From: Candidatus Latescibacterota bacterium
Lineage (GTDB): Bacteria > Latescibacterota > UBA2968 > GCA-2709665
NCBI GenBank assembly: GCA_965219995.1
Contig: CBDCOX010000002.1
Location: 3,040,001 to 3,104,000 of the forward strand
Length of the DNA stretch: 64,000 nt
Direction: 5' to 3'
The position numbers and the translations under genes are program-made. Positions 61,303 through 64,000 of this stretch are shown here, one piece after another. Positions within the stretch are counted from its first letter, which is position 1, and each line of letters begins with the position of its first letter. The notes under the pieces are model-generated. The model did not search any database. It saw nothing but the letters and a program-made list of their open reading frames with translations, and was not told where the DNA came from.

Positions 61303-62406
61303 CTATTTCCCCGCCGCCACGTCGAGGTCTTCGTCTTCGAACAGGCCCAGGTACTTTCCGTACCCGGCGGCCTTCAGCTCATCCACGGGAACAAAGCGCA
61401 GCGACGCCGAATTGATGCAATAGCGTAGTCCGGTCGGCGGCGGTCCGTCGGGGAAGACGTGGCCAAGGTGGGAATCTCCGTACTTGCTGCGGACTTCCGT
61501 GCGGGTCATGAAGAGGCTGCTGTCGACGCGTTCCACGACGTGCCCGGAAACCAGGGGCCGCGTGAAGCTCGGCCATCCGGTCCCGGACCGGTATTTGTGC
61601 GTGGAGCTGAAGAGCGGTTCGCCCGACACGATATCCACGTAGATGCCCGCCTTCTTGTTATCCCAGTACTCGTTTCGGAACGGCCGCTCGGTGCCGTCTT
61701 CCTGGGTCACGTTCCACTGGAGTGGCGTGAGCTTCCGGCGAAGCTCGGCTTCGGGGGGCCTGACCCAGTTTCCGCTGGAAGATTTCGCGGGTTTGTCCCG
61801 CCCCCAGATCCGCTCGATGAAGCGGTCGCGGCCCGAGCCTCTCCGGTAGCGGTTGTAATGGTCGGGCTTCTTCCTGTAGTAATCCTGGTGGTATTCCTCC
61901 GCGGGATAGAAGGTCTGTGCGGGCCGGACGGGCGTGACGATGGGCTCGTCGAACCGGCCGGATCCCGCGAGCGTTTCTTTCGACGCCTCGGCGAGCTTTT
62001 TCTGCTCGTCGTCGTGGTAGAAAATGGCGGACGTGTACTGGTGGCCCCGGTCATAGAACGACCCTCCTGCATCGGTGGGGTCGAACTGCCGCCAGTAGAC
62101 GTCGAGCAGTTGGGCGTAGGTGACGACTGAGGGGTCGTACGTGACCAGCACCGCCTCGATGTGCCTGGTTTGCCCCTTGCTGACCTGCCCGTACGTGGGC
62201 TTCACGATCATTCCGCCGGTATAGCCGGATACCGCGGAGATCACGCCTTCCAGCTTATCGAAAGGGGCTTCGATGCACCAGAAGCAGCCTCCGGCGAACG
62301 TGGCCTGCTCCACGTTTTTCGTTTCGGACCGCCCGTCGCCGGCGCCAAGGGCCAGGGTGACAATCAGAGCGGCGGCGGTAAACAACAGCACAAGGGTCGT
62401 TTTCAT
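61303..62406 (-). CDS. msrAB: Exported bifunctional methionine sulfoxide reductase MsrA/MsrB
   Basis: Signal peptide, [42 protein letters not shown]. Confidence 0.96.
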   Translation of the reverse strand: MKTTLVLLFTAAALIVTLALGAGDGRSETKNVEQATFAGGCFWCIEAPFDKLEGVISAVSGYTGGMIVKPTYGQVSKGQTRHIEAVLVTYDPSVVTYAQLLDVYWRQFDPTDAGGSFYDRGHQYTSAIFYHDDEQKKLAEASKETLAGSGRFDEPIVTPVRPAQTFYPAEEYHQDYYRKKPDHYNRYRRGSGRDRFIERIWGRDKPAKSSSGNWVRPPEAELRRKLTPLQWNVTQEDGTERPFRNEYWDNKKAGIYVDIVSGEPLFSSTHKYRSGTGWPSFTRPLVSGHVVERVDSSLFMTRTEVRSKYGDSHLGHVFPDGPPPTGLRYCINSASLRFVPVDELKAAGYGKYLGLFEDEDLDVAAGK

Positions 62407-62559
62407 GGGAGTCCCTCCTGACACACCCGATACCCGGGGAACATTGCGCGTGGTCGCGCTGATACGTTGATTCGATGTACTTTGACATAACGCCTGTTGA
62501 CCGGAAATGGTTGCGTGGAACTGAAGAGAAGGAGGAAGGAAAAAGGAAGAAGGAAGAAG

Positions 62560-63122
62560 GAAAACCTGAAACCGGGGAGACGTGAGACGGGAGACGGGAG
62601 ATGACGTCCCTGCCTGACGGGTACTTCTTTTGTGCCTCCGGCGAGAAATGAATCCGCACCGGGCAAGAAAACCGGTGAGACGGAAGACGGTAGACGGTAG
62701 ATGAAGACATTTGCAGCAGTGTTTCCGCATAAACCGTGCCTGCTTATTTGCCGCAATCGTAACGGCAACAAACACTATAGGGCACTCACAGTATCTCCCT
62801 TCTTACGTCTACCCTCTCACCGCTTCTTCGAGACCTACCCCCTGACCCCCTTCCTAAAGGAAGGGGGAAGCAGGATCCTATCACGTGTCGCTCGTTTTCC
62901 TTTCCTTTAGGAAAGGGTCCCTGCCTGCCGGTGGTTTCTCGGCAGGCAGGGGGGATAGGTCTGCGTAAATTCGGTGAGACGTAAGACGGGAGACGGGAGA
63001 TGAAGACATTTACAGCAGTGTTTCTACATAAACCGTGCCTGTTTCTCTACCGTTATCGTAACGACTGGAAGAACCATAGGGCACTGACATCATCTCACGT
63101 CTAACGTCTCCCCTCTCACCGC
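62560..63122 (+). repeat. Modular heptamer-bounded repeat, locus 5 (A-B, nested REP block, B)
   Basis: Module A at 62601, module B at 62701 and 63000; unrelated palindromic block at 62831-62962. Confidence 0.9.
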
Positions 63123-63234
63123 TTTTAGGGAATTTGGGGAAAAGGGGGTTTTGAATTTGATGCTTGATTTTGGTTCTGGCTGATGGCTGACCGCTGATTA
63201 CCGCTCTTTGCTGCTTTACCATACGTTTTCACAC

Positions 63235-63263
63235 TTGATATCTGAACGTTTGTGCAGTATATT
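63235..63263 (+). promoter_or_regulatory. sigma70-like promoter with SOS-box-like site in the spacer
   Basis: TTGATA-N17-TATATT, ATG 6 nt later; spacer contains GAAC-GTTT-GTGC. Confidence 0.6.
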
Positions 63264-63269
63264 CGGGAC

Positions 63270-64000
63270 ATGGCGCACAGCCACCTGGAAATCGAAGAGA
63301 CCGCGGCGCGTTCGGTCCTGATGCCGCAGGACGGTCCGCCCGTTACCCGGTACACCCTGAATCCGTACGTCGGATGCGGCATGGGATGCGCGTATTGCTA
63401 CGTGATGAAATACCCCTATGCCGAGGAACACCCCCTGCCCTGGGGCGCATGGGTGCAGCCCAAGATGAACGCTCCCTTTCTCCTGGGCAAGGCGCGGGAC
63501 AAAATCTGGGGCCGGCGGATCTTCGTGGGTTCGGCCACGGACCCTTACCAATACGTGGAGCGCCAGTACCGGCTGACCCGCCGATGCCTGAACGTGCTGG
63601 AGGACTGCAACCCGAAAGACGTTGTGGTGCATACGCGGAGCCACCTGGTCCTGGACGACCTGGAATTGCTCCGCGCATTCAAGTCCCCGCTGCGGGTGTG
63701 TTTTTCCGTGCCGACGGACGACGATCGCGTACGCAGAAAGCTGGAGCCGCACGCCCCTCGCATCGACGTGCGGCTGAAGACCATGCGGCGCCTCAGGACC
63801 GAAGGCATTCACGTTACCGCGGCGGTGGCGCCTCTGCTCCACTGCGATCCGGCCCGCTTCGTCCGGCTGCTTCACGACGCCGCGGACGACGTCTACACCA
63901 CGTCGATGCGCTATACCGACAAAACGGGCCTCGGATCGACGGACGGAGCCCGGGCCTATTTCGAGAGCGCCCGGTACAGAGACCTGGTCGCCGAAACGGA
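63270..64000 (+). CDS. Radical SAM protein, spore-photoproduct-lyase-like DNA repair family (3' partial)
   Basis: Not in the ORF track. Translated by hand: MAHSHLEIEE...YTLNPYVGCGMGCAYCY...GSATDPYQ..E...LTR..L...TRS.LV..D...LEP.AP. Confidence 0.92.
   Translation, partial: MAHSHLEIEETAARSVLMPQDGPPVTRYTLNPYVGCGMGCAYCYVMKYPYAEEHPLPWGAWVQPKMNAPFLLGKARDKIWGRRIFVGSATDPYQYVERQYRLTRRCLNVLEDCNPKDVVVHTRSHLVLDDLELLRAFKSPLRVCFSVPTDDDRVRRKLEPHAPRIDVRLKTMRRLRTEGIHVTAAVAPLLHCDPARFVRLLHDAADDVYTTSMRYTDKTGLGSTDGARAYFESARYRDLVAET

Noticed and set aside
37300-63105. Module B as a conserved peptide (MKTFTAVFLHKPC...)
   Set aside because: The four copies differ by indels and ORF length, so the frame is not conserved.
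28594-63122. Repeat loci as CRISPR arrays
   Set aside because: The intervening segments are homologous to each other, there is no constant direct repeat, and no cas gene is present.

Overview
GC-rich bacterial chromosomal window of about 51 protein-coding genes. It holds housekeeping genes (smc, epmA, pepA, pyrE, a TrmH methyltransferase, msrAB, a fadN-fadA-fadE-acyl-CoA ligase beta-oxidation operon, modBC, mgtE), many catabolic enzymes, and an envelope island (YtrA/ABC operon, two large TlpA redoxins, a Kelch lipoprotein, three small beta-barrels). I found no tRNA, rRNA, CRISPR array or transposase by eye. The gene content suggests a diderm environmental lineage such as Latescibacterota or Gemmatimonadota; this is a weak inference. 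Highlights: (1) an AbgB/M20D amidohydrolase at the left edge has an in-frame UGA exactly at the metal-binding Cys (GHG-U-GHN), followed by a SECIS-like hairpin, making it a candidate selenoprotein; (2) two near-identical candidate small-RNA genes, each with its own promoter and terminator, sit where modA would be expected; (3) a modular intergenic repeat family occurs at five loci, all in the same orientation, and seven copies of its module A carry the same 16-codon micro-ORF; (4) there is a C-rich anti-SD leader or sRNA upstream of smc, an EpmA with a LysRS-like N-terminal domain, a tandem YjbQ fusion, and a leaderless radical SAM gene with an SOS-box-like site. All calls come from motif reading; no searches were run.
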